This document shows positions 1 through 8,349 of a stretch of DNA of 41,998 nt, one piece after another (position 1 is the first letter of the stretch; every line of letters starts with the position of its first letter). A program made the position numbers and the translations under genes. The notes below the pieces were generated by a model, which saw only the letters and a program-made list of their open reading frames with translations, did not search any database and was not told the origin of the DNA. Source of the DNA: Longimicrobium sp. (GTDB taxonomy: Bacteria; Gemmatimonadota; Gemmatimonadetes; Longimicrobiales; Longimicrobiaceae); contig NZ_DASURI010000399.1 in assembly GCF_036280135.1 (NCBI RefSeq), positions 1 through 41,998 on the forward strand, given 5' to 3'.

Positions 1-1
1 G

Positions 2-325
2 GGCAGCGACGCCAAGCAGAAGCAGGCGACCATCGATCGAGTCAAGCAGGTGATCGGCAAGGCGCTGGAAGAGGGCGTGCTCCGCAAGGAAGACGAGGAG
101 AAGTACAAGAAGATCTTGCCCACGATCGGAGATCCCCCGGACGTGGCGAAGGCCAAGATGGACGGCTTGTGGGATGCGATCCAGAGGCGCCGGCAGACGC
201 AGCTCGACGCGCTCTCTGATGCGGGCTACGACACCGCGCGCTTCCGCGAGCGAGCCCCGCGCGAGCGTACCGCCCCGACCTCGCCCGGCCAGCCGACGGG
301 CGCCAGGAAGAATCCGTTCCGATGA
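2..325 (+). CDS. C-terminal part of a putative DNA ejection (internal virion) protein, continuing from 41021..41998
   Basis: Frame is open from base 2 (GSDAKQKQATIDRVKQVIGKALEEG...) and in frame with the right-end ORF via the GGGC overlap. Confidence 0.7.
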   Translation, partial: GSDAKQKQATIDRVKQVIGKALEEGVLRKEDEEKYKKILPTIGDPPDVAKAKMDGLWDAIQRRRQTQLDALSDAGYDTARFRERAPRERTAPTSPGQPTGARKNPFR

Positions 326-1416
326 GCCCCGACCTCGAGGCCGTCCTGCGCCGTAGCCCGCTGACGAACCAGCAGCGGGCGGAGCTGTGGGACGCCTTCG
401 AGGGCTCGGCCGACCAGGACGAGCTGGCGGGCCGGCTGGAGGGGCTCCAGATCCCGAAGCAGGTCAAGGCCGACCTGTGGGACATGAAGGGCGCCGGTTC
501 GGCCCCGGCTCCCGCCCCGGCCCCGAGCGCGGGCCAGCGCGTGGCCGGCGCTGTCGATCGCGTGCTCGACGCGAACGAGGACTTCGGCATCGGCATTGCC
601 AAGGGGGTCGGCTCGTCCGTGGTCGAGGGGATCCAGGGCGTCAACGCGCTCCCGTTCGCGATCAACCGCGCGCTGGGGATGCAGGACCCGTTGGAGCCGA
701 TGCTGGAGCGGGCCCGGCCAATCGTGGAACCGAAGGGCGCGGTCCAGAACGTGGGATTCGGGGTTGAGAAGGCTGGCGAGCTGGCGGTCCCGATGGGCGG
801 GGCTCCGGTGCGCGGGGCCGTGCGCGCGGCGAAGGCGGCGCCGGGCGCGGCTCGCGCGGTGGCGCGCGGCGTCGGGAAGGTGGCCGGTTCCGAGCTGGCG
901 GCCGAGCTGGCCGGGATCGCGTTCCCGCGCGCGGCGCACGCGGCGAAGGTGAGCAAGTCGCTCCTGGCCCGGCTCAATCATGCGCTGGGACGGGGTGCAC
1001 GCGAGGTGACGGAGCAGGCCGTGCCGAAGGTGTCCCAGGCCACGGCCGAGGCCATGGAGGCCGCGGTGCGGCGTGGGGCTGTCCCGCTGGGCCCGCGCCC
1101 GCTGCCGCCGACCGGCGTGATGCCGGCCCTCCCGGCCGAGGTGGGCCCGGCAGCGCCGCAGATCCCGCAGGCGTTCGCGGACGCCACGGCCGCCTCGGCC
1201 AAGGCGCGGAACCTGCCCATGGACGCCGCGGGCGAGCTGGCGCAGAAGGTGGCTTCGCTCAAGGCGAGCGGGCTCTCGCGTGGGCAGATCGCGGCGTCGG
1301 TGCGGGACATCTTCGGCAAGCAGTTCGAGGGCATGACGCCGTCGAGCGCGCGGAAGATGGTGGACATGATCCTTGGCCCGGCGGCGAAGCGCGCGCCGAA
1401 GGCCGCAGCGAGGTAG
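322..1416 (+). CDS. Putative DNA ejection / internal virion protein
   Basis: 364 aa, Ala-rich and helical. ATGA overlap with the previous gene. Lies between ejection genes and the tail fibre. Confidence 0.55.
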   Translation: MSPDLEAVLRRSPLTNQQRAELWDAFEGSADQDELAGRLEGLQIPKQVKADLWDMKGAGSAPAPAPAPSAGQRVAGAVDRVLDANEDFGIGIAKGVGSSVVEGIQGVNALPFAINRALGMQDPLEPMLERARPIVEPKGAVQNVGFGVEKAGELAVPMGGAPVRGAVRAAKAAPGAARAVARGVGKVAGSELAAELAGIAFPRAAHAAKVSKSLLARLNHALGRGAREVTEQAVPKVSQATAEAMEAAVRRGAVPLGPRPLPPTGVMPALPAEVGPAAPQIPQAFADATAASAKARNLPMDAAGELAQKVASLKASGLSRGQIAASVRDIFGKQFEGMTPSSARKMVDMILGPAAKRAPKAAAR

Positions 1417-1422
1417 GAGAGC

Positions 1423-3075
1423 ATGGCCGGCACGCCGATGCCTTACGTCCTCCAGCAGTGGTTCACGAACGCGGGCGCCCCGCTCAACGGGGGCCTGCTC
1501 TTCGTGTACCTGGCCGGCACGAGCACCAAGACGGACAGCTACACCACGGCGGCCCTGAGCACGCCGAATGCTAACCCCGTGGTCATGAACAGCGCGGGCC
1601 GGCCCACGTCGGGCGGGATCTTCCTTGCGCCGGGCGTGAACTACAAGTTCGTGATGGCGCTCTCGACCGACACGGACCCGCCCGCCTCACCGATCTGGAC
1701 CGTGGACAACGTCCAGGCCGTGCCGGCGGCCGCGTCTGACGTGGACGTCGAGGTCACCTTCGGTACGACGGTGGCGGCCGAGGAGTGGGTGTACCTGAGC
1801 GCGGGCGACGGCGGCAACACCACGGGCCGCTGGTATCTCACCGACGCCGATCTCAGCTATGCGTCGGTGTCGGCTCCGATGCTGGGGATCGCGCTGACCG
1901 GCGGCGACGCTGGAGACACCGGCACCGTGCGCGTGGTGGGGCGCATGACCGGCTTGTCCGGGCTCGTGGCCGGAACGGTCTACTACCTCAGCGCGACCGC
2001 AGGTGCCGTCACGTCCACGGCGCCGACCTCGACCGGGAACGTGCGGCGCGTGCTCATGGCCGACGGGACCACTAGCGGCCTCATCCTGGATCAGTCGTGG
2101 GCGAGCGACGTGCAGACGTTCGCCGCGAGCGGGACCTACTACAAGCCGAACACCGCCACTTTCGTCCGGGTGGTGGCCTACGGTGCGGGCGGTGGCGGAG
2201 GCGGTGGTGCCGGTGGTGAGGCGGCCGGCCAGGTAGCCCAGGAAGGGGCCGGCGGCGGTGGCGGCGCCCGGGTCGAGCGTACCTTCCTGGCTTCGGACAT
2301 CTCCGCATCGGTGGCCGTCACCATCGGGGCCGGTGGGGATGGCGGTGCGGGCGGGGCCGGTGGTTCGCCATCGAATGGCACTATCGGCTCGGCTGGTGGG
2401 AATACGACCTTCGGGGCTTACCTCACCGCATTCGGTGGTGGCGGTGGTGCGCCTGGACTGGCTACGCCTGCGGCGTCGGGTGGCGGCGGCGGCGGTGGTG
2501 GTGGCGCCGTCGGTGGCAATGGGGCCAGCGGAGTGAACACGGTGGGGGGTGGGCCTGGATCGGACAGCCTTGGCGGTGACGCCACGTCGGATAGCGGTGG
2601 TGGCGGGTCCGCAACCAGTTCCAACGGGGGTGGAGGCTTCAACGGCGGTGGTGGCGGCGGCGCAAATGAGAGTGCCGGAAACGTCACGATCGCCGGCGGG
2701 ACGTCCCTGTTCGGTGGAGGTGGGGGCGGCGCTGGCGGTGGAGTTGCTGCCGCGAACACCAACACCAACGGCGGCGCTGGTGGCGATACCGGCGGAGACC
2801 TGACCTTCGGCGGGACTGGTGGCGGCGGAACTGGCGGAACCGGCGGCGCGGCGTTCAACACGAACCAGAACGGTGCTGCCGGAGACAGCACGAAGGGCGG
2901 CCAGGGCGGCGGCGGTGGTGGTGGGCGGCGAGACGGGACCACCGCCGCAGCGGGTGGTGCCGGTGGCGTGCCTGGCGGTGGTGGTGGCGGGGGTGGGGCT
3001 GGTCAGGCCAGCAGCACCGCCGGAGGCGCAGGCGGTGCTGGTGGCGCTGGTGCGTGCTACGTGTTCAGCTTCTAG
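1423..3075 (+). CDS. Tail fibre/spike with podovirus head-binding-type N-terminus and glycine-rich C-terminus
   Basis: N-terminal QWFTNAGAPLNGGLLFVYLAGT..NANPVVMNSAGR motif typical of P22-like tailspike anchors. GGGGG-rich C-terminal half. RBS AGGAG. Confidence 0.8.
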   Translation: MAGTPMPYVLQQWFTNAGAPLNGGLLFVYLAGTSTKTDSYTTAALSTPNANPVVMNSAGRPTSGGIFLAPGVNYKFVMALSTDTDPPASPIWTVDNVQAVPAAASDVDVEVTFGTTVAAEEWVYLSAGDGGNTTGRWYLTDADLSYASVSAPMLGIALTGGDAGDTGTVRVVGRMTGLSGLVAGTVYYLSATAGAVTSTAPTSTGNVRRVLMADGTTSGLILDQSWASDVQTFAASGTYYKPNTATFVRVVAYGAGGGGGGGAGGEAAGQVAQEGAGGGGGARVERTFLASDISASVAVTIGAGGDGGAGGAGGSPSNGTIGSAGGNTTFGAYLTAFGGGGGAPGLATPAASGGGGGGGGGAVGGNGASGVNTVGGGPGSDSLGGDATSDSGGGGSATSSNGGGGFNGGGGGGANESAGNVTIAGGTSLFGGGGGGAGGGVAAANTNTNGGAGGDTGGDLTFGGTGGGGTGGTGGAAFNTNQNGAAGDSTKGGQGGGGGGGRRDGTTAAAGGAGGVPGGGGGGGGAGQASSTAGGAGGAGGAGACYVFSF

Positions 3076-3548
3076 CGGCTGTAGGCGATCGGGCGGGCCC
3101 GGCTGTACACCGTCAGGCTCGCTGCCTTCGCGAACGACGGCGCCGGGCACGCCGTGAAGCTGGCGTAACCACCGTTGAACCGCACGCACGTGGAGCCGTA
3201 CAGCAGCACGGGCTCGGCCCATCCCTGCTGTCCGATCAGGCTGAACTCGTGGACGCCGTCCTCGATGGTGCCGGGCGTGAAGACGGCCCGGAAGCCGCTG
3301 GGGTAATCCTCGAAGTAGCTCACCGCGGCGGGCGCGCCCCACGTCGGCGGGATCGCGTCCGGGCACATGGTCGGGCTCAGGGCCGCGTTGTCGCTCTTGG
3401 CCCGGTACACGGCCGTCAGGCGCACGGAGCCGTCCGCGAGGTTCGCCAGGTTGAAGCTCAGGCTCTTGGCTCGGCAGTCGTGCGACTGCGCGTAGACCTG
3501 GGATCCCGCCAGCAAGACCAGCACGGCGACGGCGATTCGCTTCGTCAT
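3072..3548 (-). CDS. Exported hypothetical protein (Sec signal peptide), Cys-containing
   Basis: MTKRIAVAVLVLLAGSQVYA|Q signal peptide. GGAGGA RBS upstream. The ORF-track start at 3854 is probably too long. Confidence 0.65.
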   Translation of the reverse strand: MTKRIAVAVLVLLAGSQVYAQSHDCRAKSLSFNLANLADGSVRLTAVYRAKSDNAALSPTMCPDAIPPTWGAPAAVSYFEDYPSGFRAVFTPGTIEDGVHEFSLIGQQGWAEPVLLYGSTCVRFNGGYASFTACPAPSFAKAASLTVYSRARPIAYSR

Positions 3549-3553
3549 GACCT

Positions 3554-3922
3554 TCACTCCTCCTCGTGCGCGCGGAAGTACGTTCCGGCCGTCGCGGCCT
3601 GGCCGGGCTGACTCGAGACCACGAACACGGTGGCGTAGTACAGCCAGCCGGGCTCGGGCGCGACCCATTGCGTATGCCAGTAGTCCTCGTCCACGACAAC
3701 CTCGGTCGTGGAGCCGTCCTTGCGGATCACCCGCCAGACCTGCTCTTCGAGGAGCGGATCGCATCCGGCGGGGGCAAACGGGGAGACCTCCCAGGTGAGG
3801 TACACGGTGCCGGGCTGCTCGGCGTCGGGCGAGGCCACGGCCACGACCGGGCACGTCCCGGCCTGGGCCAGCGACCCCGCCAGGAGCAGCGCCACGGCTA
3901 CGGCACAGCTACGGAACTTCAC
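3554..3922 (-). CDS. Exported hypothetical protein (Sec signal peptide), beta-rich
   Basis: MKFRSCAVAVALLLAGSLAQA|G signal peptide. GAGGTGG RBS before the GTG start. Confidence 0.7.
   Translation of the reverse strand: MKFRSCAVAVALLLAGSLAQAGTCPVVAVASPDAEQPGTVYLTWEVSPFAPAGCDPLLEEQVWRVIRKDGSTTEVVVDEDYWHTQWVAPEPGWLYYATVFVVSSQPGQAATAGTYFRAHEEE
3892..3914 (+). repeat. Putative integrase arm-type site, left arm
   Basis: CCACGGCTACG-GCACAGCTACG tandem 11-mers, nearly identical to 4115-4136 on the other side of the att core. Confidence 0.55.
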
Positions 3923-3961
3923 GCGACCACCTCATGCGCCCGCAAGTGACTGAATCTCCGC

Positions 3962-4006
3962 TGGTGACCCGCCATGGACTCGAACCATGAACCCAGAGAT
4001 TAAGAG
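3962..4006 (-). other. attP: attP core: 3' half of tRNA-Lys(CTT)
   Basis: Minus strand reads CTCTTAA (anticodon loop) TCTCTGGGTT CATGG-TTCGAGT-CCATG GCGGGTC A CCA. No 5' half is present. Adjacent to the integrase. Confidence 0.9.
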
Positions 4007-4114
4007 GCTCAGCGACGGGCATGCACTGGCCTCCACATCCGACTATACGCGAGCGAATCCGCCGGTGTTCCGTGCGGTTTGGCACAGTCTGTATCGGTGT
4101 GCTACCGTGCCACT

Positions 4115-4136
4115 CCACAGCTACGGCACGGCTATG
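4115..4136 (+). repeat. Putative integrase arm-type site, right arm, overlapping the int start codon
   Basis: CCACAGCTACG-GCACGGCTATG. Confidence 0.55.
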
Positions 4137-5408
4137 CGAGTCAAGATCGGCGCTCGGACGGTGGCGGCTCTGGAGTCGGGGCAAACCGTCTGGGATACGG
4201 AGATCACGGGCTTCCACGTCCGGCTCCAGCGTGCGAACGGCCGCGCGTCGTACCTGCTCCAGTACAGCCTGCTCGGACGCTTGCGGGTGCTTACGCTCGG
4301 GCGCGCAGGCAAGATCACGGTGCATCAGGCCCGGCTCCTCGCGCAGCAGAGGCTCGGGGAGCTGGCGTCCGGGCAAGACCCCGCCGCGGCCAGGGACCGG
4401 GCGAAGGGGGTGCCGACGGTCGAGGAGTTCAGCAAGCGCTACCTCGCGGAGGTGAGCGACACCAAGAAGCGGCCTGCCTCCGCAGCGAACGACCGTAGGT
4501 ATCTTCGCACCTACGTCAATCCGGCCCTTGGGCGGGACCGGCTGGACGCGCTCGACGTGCCGCGCGTGGCCGGCTTCCATCACGGCATGCGGAAGACGCC
4601 GGCGACCGCCAACAGGTGCCTCGCGCTGCTCTCGCACATGCTCAGCACGGCCGAGCGGTGGCACCTACGGCCGCAGGGGAGCAACCCGTGCAAGCTCGTG
4701 GAGCGGTTCCGCGAGCGGCCGCGCGAGCGCTACCTGACCGGCGAGGAGCTGGCGACGGTCGGCGCCGCGCTGGCTGCGGCCGAGGCCGAGGCGCCGTACA
4801 TGACCGCCGGGGTGCTGCTGCTGGCGTATACCGGCGCGCGCCCGTCCGAGGTGGCGGGCCTGCGCTGGTCGTGGCTCGACCTCGAGCGAGGGCGCGCGCA
4901 GCTCCCGGACAGCAAGACCGGGCGGCGGGTGCTGCGCCTGACCGGGCCCGCGCTGTCGGTGCTGCGGACCCTGCCGCGCCTGGCGCGCAACCCTTACGTC
5001 CTGCCCGGGCACAAGCGCGGGACGCACGTCCGGCCCGGGAGCCTCGGTCACTTCTGGCTGCGCGTCGCGCGCGGGGCCGGGTTGCGTGGCGTGCGGCTCT
5101 ACGACCTGCGACACACGTTCGCGAGCGTCGGAGCGACCTCGGGCAAGGGCCTGCCCACGATAGGCGGGATCCTGGGACACCGCCGGGCGGAGACCACGGA
5201 ACGCTACGTGCACCTGGCCGCGGATCCGCTCGCGGCGGCCGCCGATGAGATCGGGCGGGAGATCGCGGCGGCTATGCGCGGCGGGGCCGGAACAGGTGCC
5301 GGTACGTCTGGCGAGCCAGAAGGGCCGCGCGCCGCTCGGCGCCGCCCGCGGTCGCGAACGTCTCCTCGACGTGCCGCCACTCGTCGGCCTCGGAGTGCCG
5401 ATAGCTGA
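4134..5408 (+). CDS. int: Tyrosine integrase with N-terminal arm-DNA-binding domain
   Basis: VWDTEITGFHVR arm domain. Catalytic motifs YTGARPSE, SKTG, YDLRHTFAS, ILGH, TTERY. Start moved to ATG 4134 because the longer ORF runs through attP. Confidence 0.95.
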   Translation: MRVKIGARTVAALESGQTVWDTEITGFHVRLQRANGRASYLLQYSLLGRLRVLTLGRAGKITVHQARLLAQQRLGELASGQDPAAARDRAKGVPTVEEFSKRYLAEVSDTKKRPASAANDRRYLRTYVNPALGRDRLDALDVPRVAGFHHGMRKTPATANRCLALLSHMLSTAERWHLRPQGSNPCKLVERFRERPRERYLTGEELATVGAALAAAEAEAPYMTAGVLLLAYTGARPSEVAGLRWSWLDLERGRAQLPDSKTGRRVLRLTGPALSVLRTLPRLARNPYVLPGHKRGTHVRPGSLGHFWLRVARGAGLRGVRLYDLRHTFASVGATSGKGLPTIGGILGHRRAETTERYVHLAADPLAAAADEIGREIAAAMRGGAGTGAGTSGEPEGPRAARRRPRSRTSPRRAATRRPRSADS

Positions 5409-5517
5409 GGCGCCAGCGGTCCGCGAGCTGGACGGCGCGGTACAGCGGGTGCTCGTGGCCGGGGATCCGGAACAGGATCACGGCCGGCGAGATGTCGGTG
5501 CGCGTCAGGCGGGACAA
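5272..5517 (-). CDS. Small hypothetical protein overlapping the integrase 3' tail
   Basis: Only the distal ~80 codons of the 5272..5706 ORF look protein-like. Start uncertain. Confidence 0.35.
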   Translation of the reverse strand: MSRLTRTDISPAVILFRIPGHEHPLYRAVQLADRWRLSYRHSEADEWRHVEETFATAGGAERRAALLARQTYRHLFRPRRA

Positions 5518-5622
5518 CGCCGGCCCGCAGGAGATTGCCCGGGATCTAGGTGGGTCGCCCTTAGCCCTGGCACGCAAGCGGGCCGGCGAGGCGCAGGATA
5601 ACACGGCTGGCGCGCAAGCGTG

Positions 5623-5651
5623 TTGCCGGTTGCCAACAAATGTGATATAAA
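5623..5651 (+). promoter_or_regulatory. Sigma70-type promoter pointing toward the repressor 3' end
   Basis: TTGCCG-N17-TATAAA with TGn extension, in an AT-rich island. Confidence 0.55.
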
Positions 5652-5851
5652 TGTGCCGAAGTATCCAAAACGCGCCAGGCCACAATGGCCGTCCCTCCGG
5701 CCGCAATCCTTGGGGGCCTTGAATGCAATGCGGACTCTCCGCCGCCGTACAGTCGCGTAGGCTGGCCTCGTGACAGCGGAGGCCCTGCGGGACGCGCTAC
5801 TGAAGATCGCGGACGCGCAGCGCAAGCTAGCGTGGCTCGTGGCCGACATCG

Positions 5852-6190
5852 CTACTTCTTCAGGCCGGCCAGCTCGCGCGCGGCGCGCAGGTCGTCCTCG
5901 ATCGACTCCAGCCGCTTCGCCAGCCGTAGCGCTTCGTGCGAGGGCAGCGCGGCGGGGGCGAGGGCGGGCGTGACGCCAGCGTGTCCGTGCGGATCGCTGA
6001 CCAGGCCGAGCAGGTAATCGACCGAGACCCCTGTAATTTGATGGATACGGACGAGCTCGTCCATCTTGGCCTCGGTGATGCCGTTTACCCACCGCGAGAT
6101 CGCCCCCTCCGTGCGACCCATCCGGGCCGCAAAGGCCCGCTGAGACAGTCCCGTCCGGCGTAGAGCCTCACGGAGCCTGACCGCAAACAC
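5852..6190 (-). CDS. XRE-family HTH repressor (CI-like)
   Basis: RLREALRRTGLSQRAFAARMGRTEGAISRWVNG..VSVDYLLG. Divergent from the Xis/Cro-like gene. Start is GTG 6190 or TTG 6232. Confidence 0.85.
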   Translation of the reverse strand: MFAVRLREALRRTGLSQRAFAARMGRTEGAISRWVNGITEAKMDELVRIHQITGVSVDYLLGLVSDPHGHAGVTPALAPAALPSHEALRLAKRLESIEDDLRAARELAGLKK

Positions 6191-6249
6191 TTGAGAGCCT
6201 AGCGGTTGCGTAATCTCTCCAAATCTTAACAAGTAGTACCATTTTCCGC

Positions 6250-6278
6250 TTGACTGCGGGTCTAGTCGGGCCTATATT
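6250..6278 (+). promoter_or_regulatory. Early rightward sigma70 promoter
   Basis: TTGACT-N17-TATATT, with ATG 6 nt downstream. Confidence 0.8.
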
Positions 6279-6284
6279 GCTTGC

Positions 6285-6602
6285 ATGCGAAGCAAGTCGG
6301 CCCTCAACGGTTCCGCTCCCTCCCCCGTCGCGGTCCTGGACCGCGAGAACGGGGCGGCGGAAGATACCCGGAACGCAACGGGCGTTGTCCAGCCTCCGAA
6401 CACTTCCGCCGACTGTCACACGTACCTGACGACTGTCGAGGCCGCGTCGTACCTGCGGCTCCGGCCTCGGACTCTCCAGCTCTGGCGCATGCAGGGCAAG
6501 GGTCCGGACTACCGCAAGCACGGGAAGCTCCGGGTTTACACGGTCGCAGACCTCGACCGCTGGGCCGACGCTCAGCGGGTGGCCGTTCACGCCGAGAAGT
6601 AG
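6285..6602 (+). CDS. Excisionase/Cox-like HTH DNA-binding protein
   Basis: YLTTVEAASYLRLRPRTLQLWRMQGKGPDYRKHG..VY...DLDRW, an HTH_17-type pattern. Confidence 0.85.
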   Translation: MRSKSALNGSAPSPVAVLDRENGAAEDTRNATGVVQPPNTSADCHTYLTTVEAASYLRLRPRTLQLWRMQGKGPDYRKHGKLRVYTVADLDRWADAQRVAVHAEK

Positions 6603-6614
6603 GGGGGAAACGCA

Positions 6615-6902
6615 ATGACCAGCGTCGCCGTGACGAATCCGCTCCGTGGGATCTGCGCGCACTGCGGGTACACGTACCGCGGCGGCGCCGAGCCGGCCTC
6701 TCACGGGATCTGCAAGTTCTGCCTGCCGATCATCAAGGAGTTAGGCATGACCGGCGCGGCGATCGAGGCGTGCCGACGCCACGCCGAGACCCAGGTGGGC
6801 CGGCTGGAGCGCCAGATCATGGAGGGCCTGGCGCTGCGGCCGGCCCGGAAGGATCTGACCGAGGCCGAGGTGTTCGCGGGCCTGATGGAGCAGGGCCAGT
6901 GA
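6615..6902 (+). CDS. Hypothetical protein with Zn-ribbon
   Basis: CAHC...SHGICKFC motif. Confidence 0.7.
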   Translation: MTSVAVTNPLRGICAHCGYTYRGGAEPASHGICKFCLPIIKELGMTGAAIEACRRHAETQVGRLERQIMEGLALRPARKDLTEAEVFAGLMEQGQ

Positions 6903-7168
6903 GCGCCTCCCACGTCGGTTGGGAGCACGTGGCTCTGGAGCAGCGGCAGGCGCGCATCGTGCGCGTCATGGAGGTTGCCGCCTCGGGTCTGACGGAACGC
7001 GCGGCGGATCTGCGCGGCGCCGAGCCGGACGATCGCGAAGAGATCCGGATCAAGGTCGAGTCCGCGATCGAGGAGCTGCGGCTGGTGATCCAGGAGCTAC
7101 GCGACGCTGCCGATCTGCGCTCGGCCACGTCCGAGGTGCGCGCGTTCCTGCGCGGAGGTGTGCGGTGA
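6899..7168 (+). CDS. Hypothetical helical protein
   Basis: GTGA-coupled to the previous gene. Distal part of ORF 6281..7168. Confidence 0.6.
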   Translation: MSASHVGWEHVALEQRQARIVRVMEVAASGLTERAADLRGAEPDDREEIRIKVESAIEELRLVIQELRDAADLRSATSEVRAFLRGGVR

Positions 7169-7596
7169 GAAAGACCGACGCGGTGCTGCTGGCGTGCGTG
7201 CCGTGGACGGCCCTGGCGGCTCTCGGCTGGGCGGTGCTGACTCGTCCCGCCCCGGTGACCGCCAGGGCGCAGCAGGTCAAGGTGGTGACGCTCACGACGG
7301 CGCAGGCCGACGAGCTGGCGCAGCTCCAAAGCTACATCTCTGGCTTCGGGCACTACCTGGCCGCAAAGAACGGCGACCCGCAGAAAGGCATCAGGCCCAG
7401 CGTGTCCCGGGCGACGGCCATCGCCGGGATCATCGGCACCTCCTGCCGTTACCGCTCGCTCCTGACGGCCGCGACCCTGGAGACGGACGGCCTCCTCGCC
7501 ATCGAGCGGAACGACGTGACCACGGAGGACATGGAAGACACCGCGTTCGAGGCGGCCCGGTGCATCGAGCGCCGCCGGCTGCGGGCGGGCCTGTGA
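7165..7596 (+). CDS. Hypothetical membrane-anchored protein
   Basis: GGAGG RBS, GTGA coupling, N-terminal hydrophobic segment. Confidence 0.6.
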   Translation: MRKTDAVLLACVPWTALAALGWAVLTRPAPVTARAQQVKVVTLTTAQADELAQLQSYISGFGHYLAAKNGDPQKGIRPSVSRATAIAGIIGTSCRYRSLLTAATLETDGLLAIERNDVTTEDMEDTAFEAARCIERRRLRAGL

Positions 7597-7814
7597 GCGT
7601 GCTCGTCAAGCTCGCGATCGTGGCCGCCGCCGGGACCGCGGTGTACTGGCTCGCACGCCTGATGCACCGCGGCGAGGACCGTGTGTCGGCCTCGACCCTG
7701 CGCGGCCTGGACAGGACACACGAGGCCGAGGAGCCGCGGCGGTGGCTGCGCGGCAGGACGGTGTCGGAGCGCGGGCCGGTCCGGCGTGACCGGTACTCGC
7801 GGGCGATCCATTGA
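7593..7814 (+). CDS. Small membrane-anchored protein
   Basis: VSVLVKLAIVAAAGTAVYWL. GTGA coupling. Confidence 0.5.
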   Translation: MSVLVKLAIVAAAGTAVYWLARLMHRGEDRVSASTLRGLDRTHEAEEPRRWLRGRTVSERGPVRRDRYSRAIH

Positions 7815-7919
7815 GCGGGCGCTGGCAGTGCCCTTCATGTCGGCAGTGGCGGCGCGGTCCCGTGTGCGGGACGTGTCGCGTACCAAGGCCGCGGTAAGCG
7901 GCAGAAAGGCAGAGGCGTA

Positions 7920-8339
7920 ATGAAGATCGGAAGTGCGTTCCCGAGCAACTACCTGAAGCACGAGGACCTGGGCGGCCGCAACGTGCTCGTGACGATCGAG
8001 AGCGTGCGCGTCGAGGAGATCCGCGGCGAGGGCGGGAAGGAAAACAAGCCCGTCCTGTACTTCGTCGGCAAGGAAAAGGGTCTGGTCCTGAACAAGACCA
8101 ACGCGGAGACCCTCACGGAGATCCTCGGCACGGACGAAACCGACGACTGGCACGGCTGTCAGGTGGTGCTGTACCACGACCGCAACGTGAGCTTCGGCGG
8201 GAAGCGCGTGGGCGGCATCCGGATCGCGCCGGCACCGAAGCCGGCCAACGGCAAGCGGCCGCAGGCTCCGCCGCCGCCCGTGACGGAGGACGTCCCCCCG
8301 GCCGAGTTCCAGGCCACCGACGACGACATCCTTTTCTAG
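7920..8339 (+). CDS. Putative single-stranded DNA-binding protein
   Basis: Beta-rich core, Pro-rich linker and acidic C-terminal tip DDDILF. Confidence 0.6.
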   Translation: MKIGSAFPSNYLKHEDLGGRNVLVTIESVRVEEIRGEGGKENKPVLYFVGKEKGLVLNKTNAETLTEILGTDETDDWHGCQVVLYHDRNVSFGGKRVGGIRIAPAPKPANGKRPQAPPPPVTEDVPPAEFQATDDDILF

Positions 8340-8349
8340 GCGCCCGGCC

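Noticed and set aside
1687-3699. 670-aa minus-strand ORF and similar long Arg/Pro/Ala-rich alternative-frame ORFs throughout
   Set aside because: They overlap well-supported genes and are expected at this GC content.
3962-4040. Complete tRNA-Lys gene
   Set aside because: There is no D-arm or 5' acceptor strand, and the anticodon stem does not pair. Only the 3' half is present (attP).
3987-4133. N-terminal extension of the integrase in the ORF track
   Set aside because: It runs through the att core and arm sites. The arm-binding domain begins at Met 4134.
6958-6970. 13-nt complement to domain C (10031-10043)
   Set aside because: About chance level for a GC-rich 42-kb genome given the many possible query words, and it lies mid-gene.
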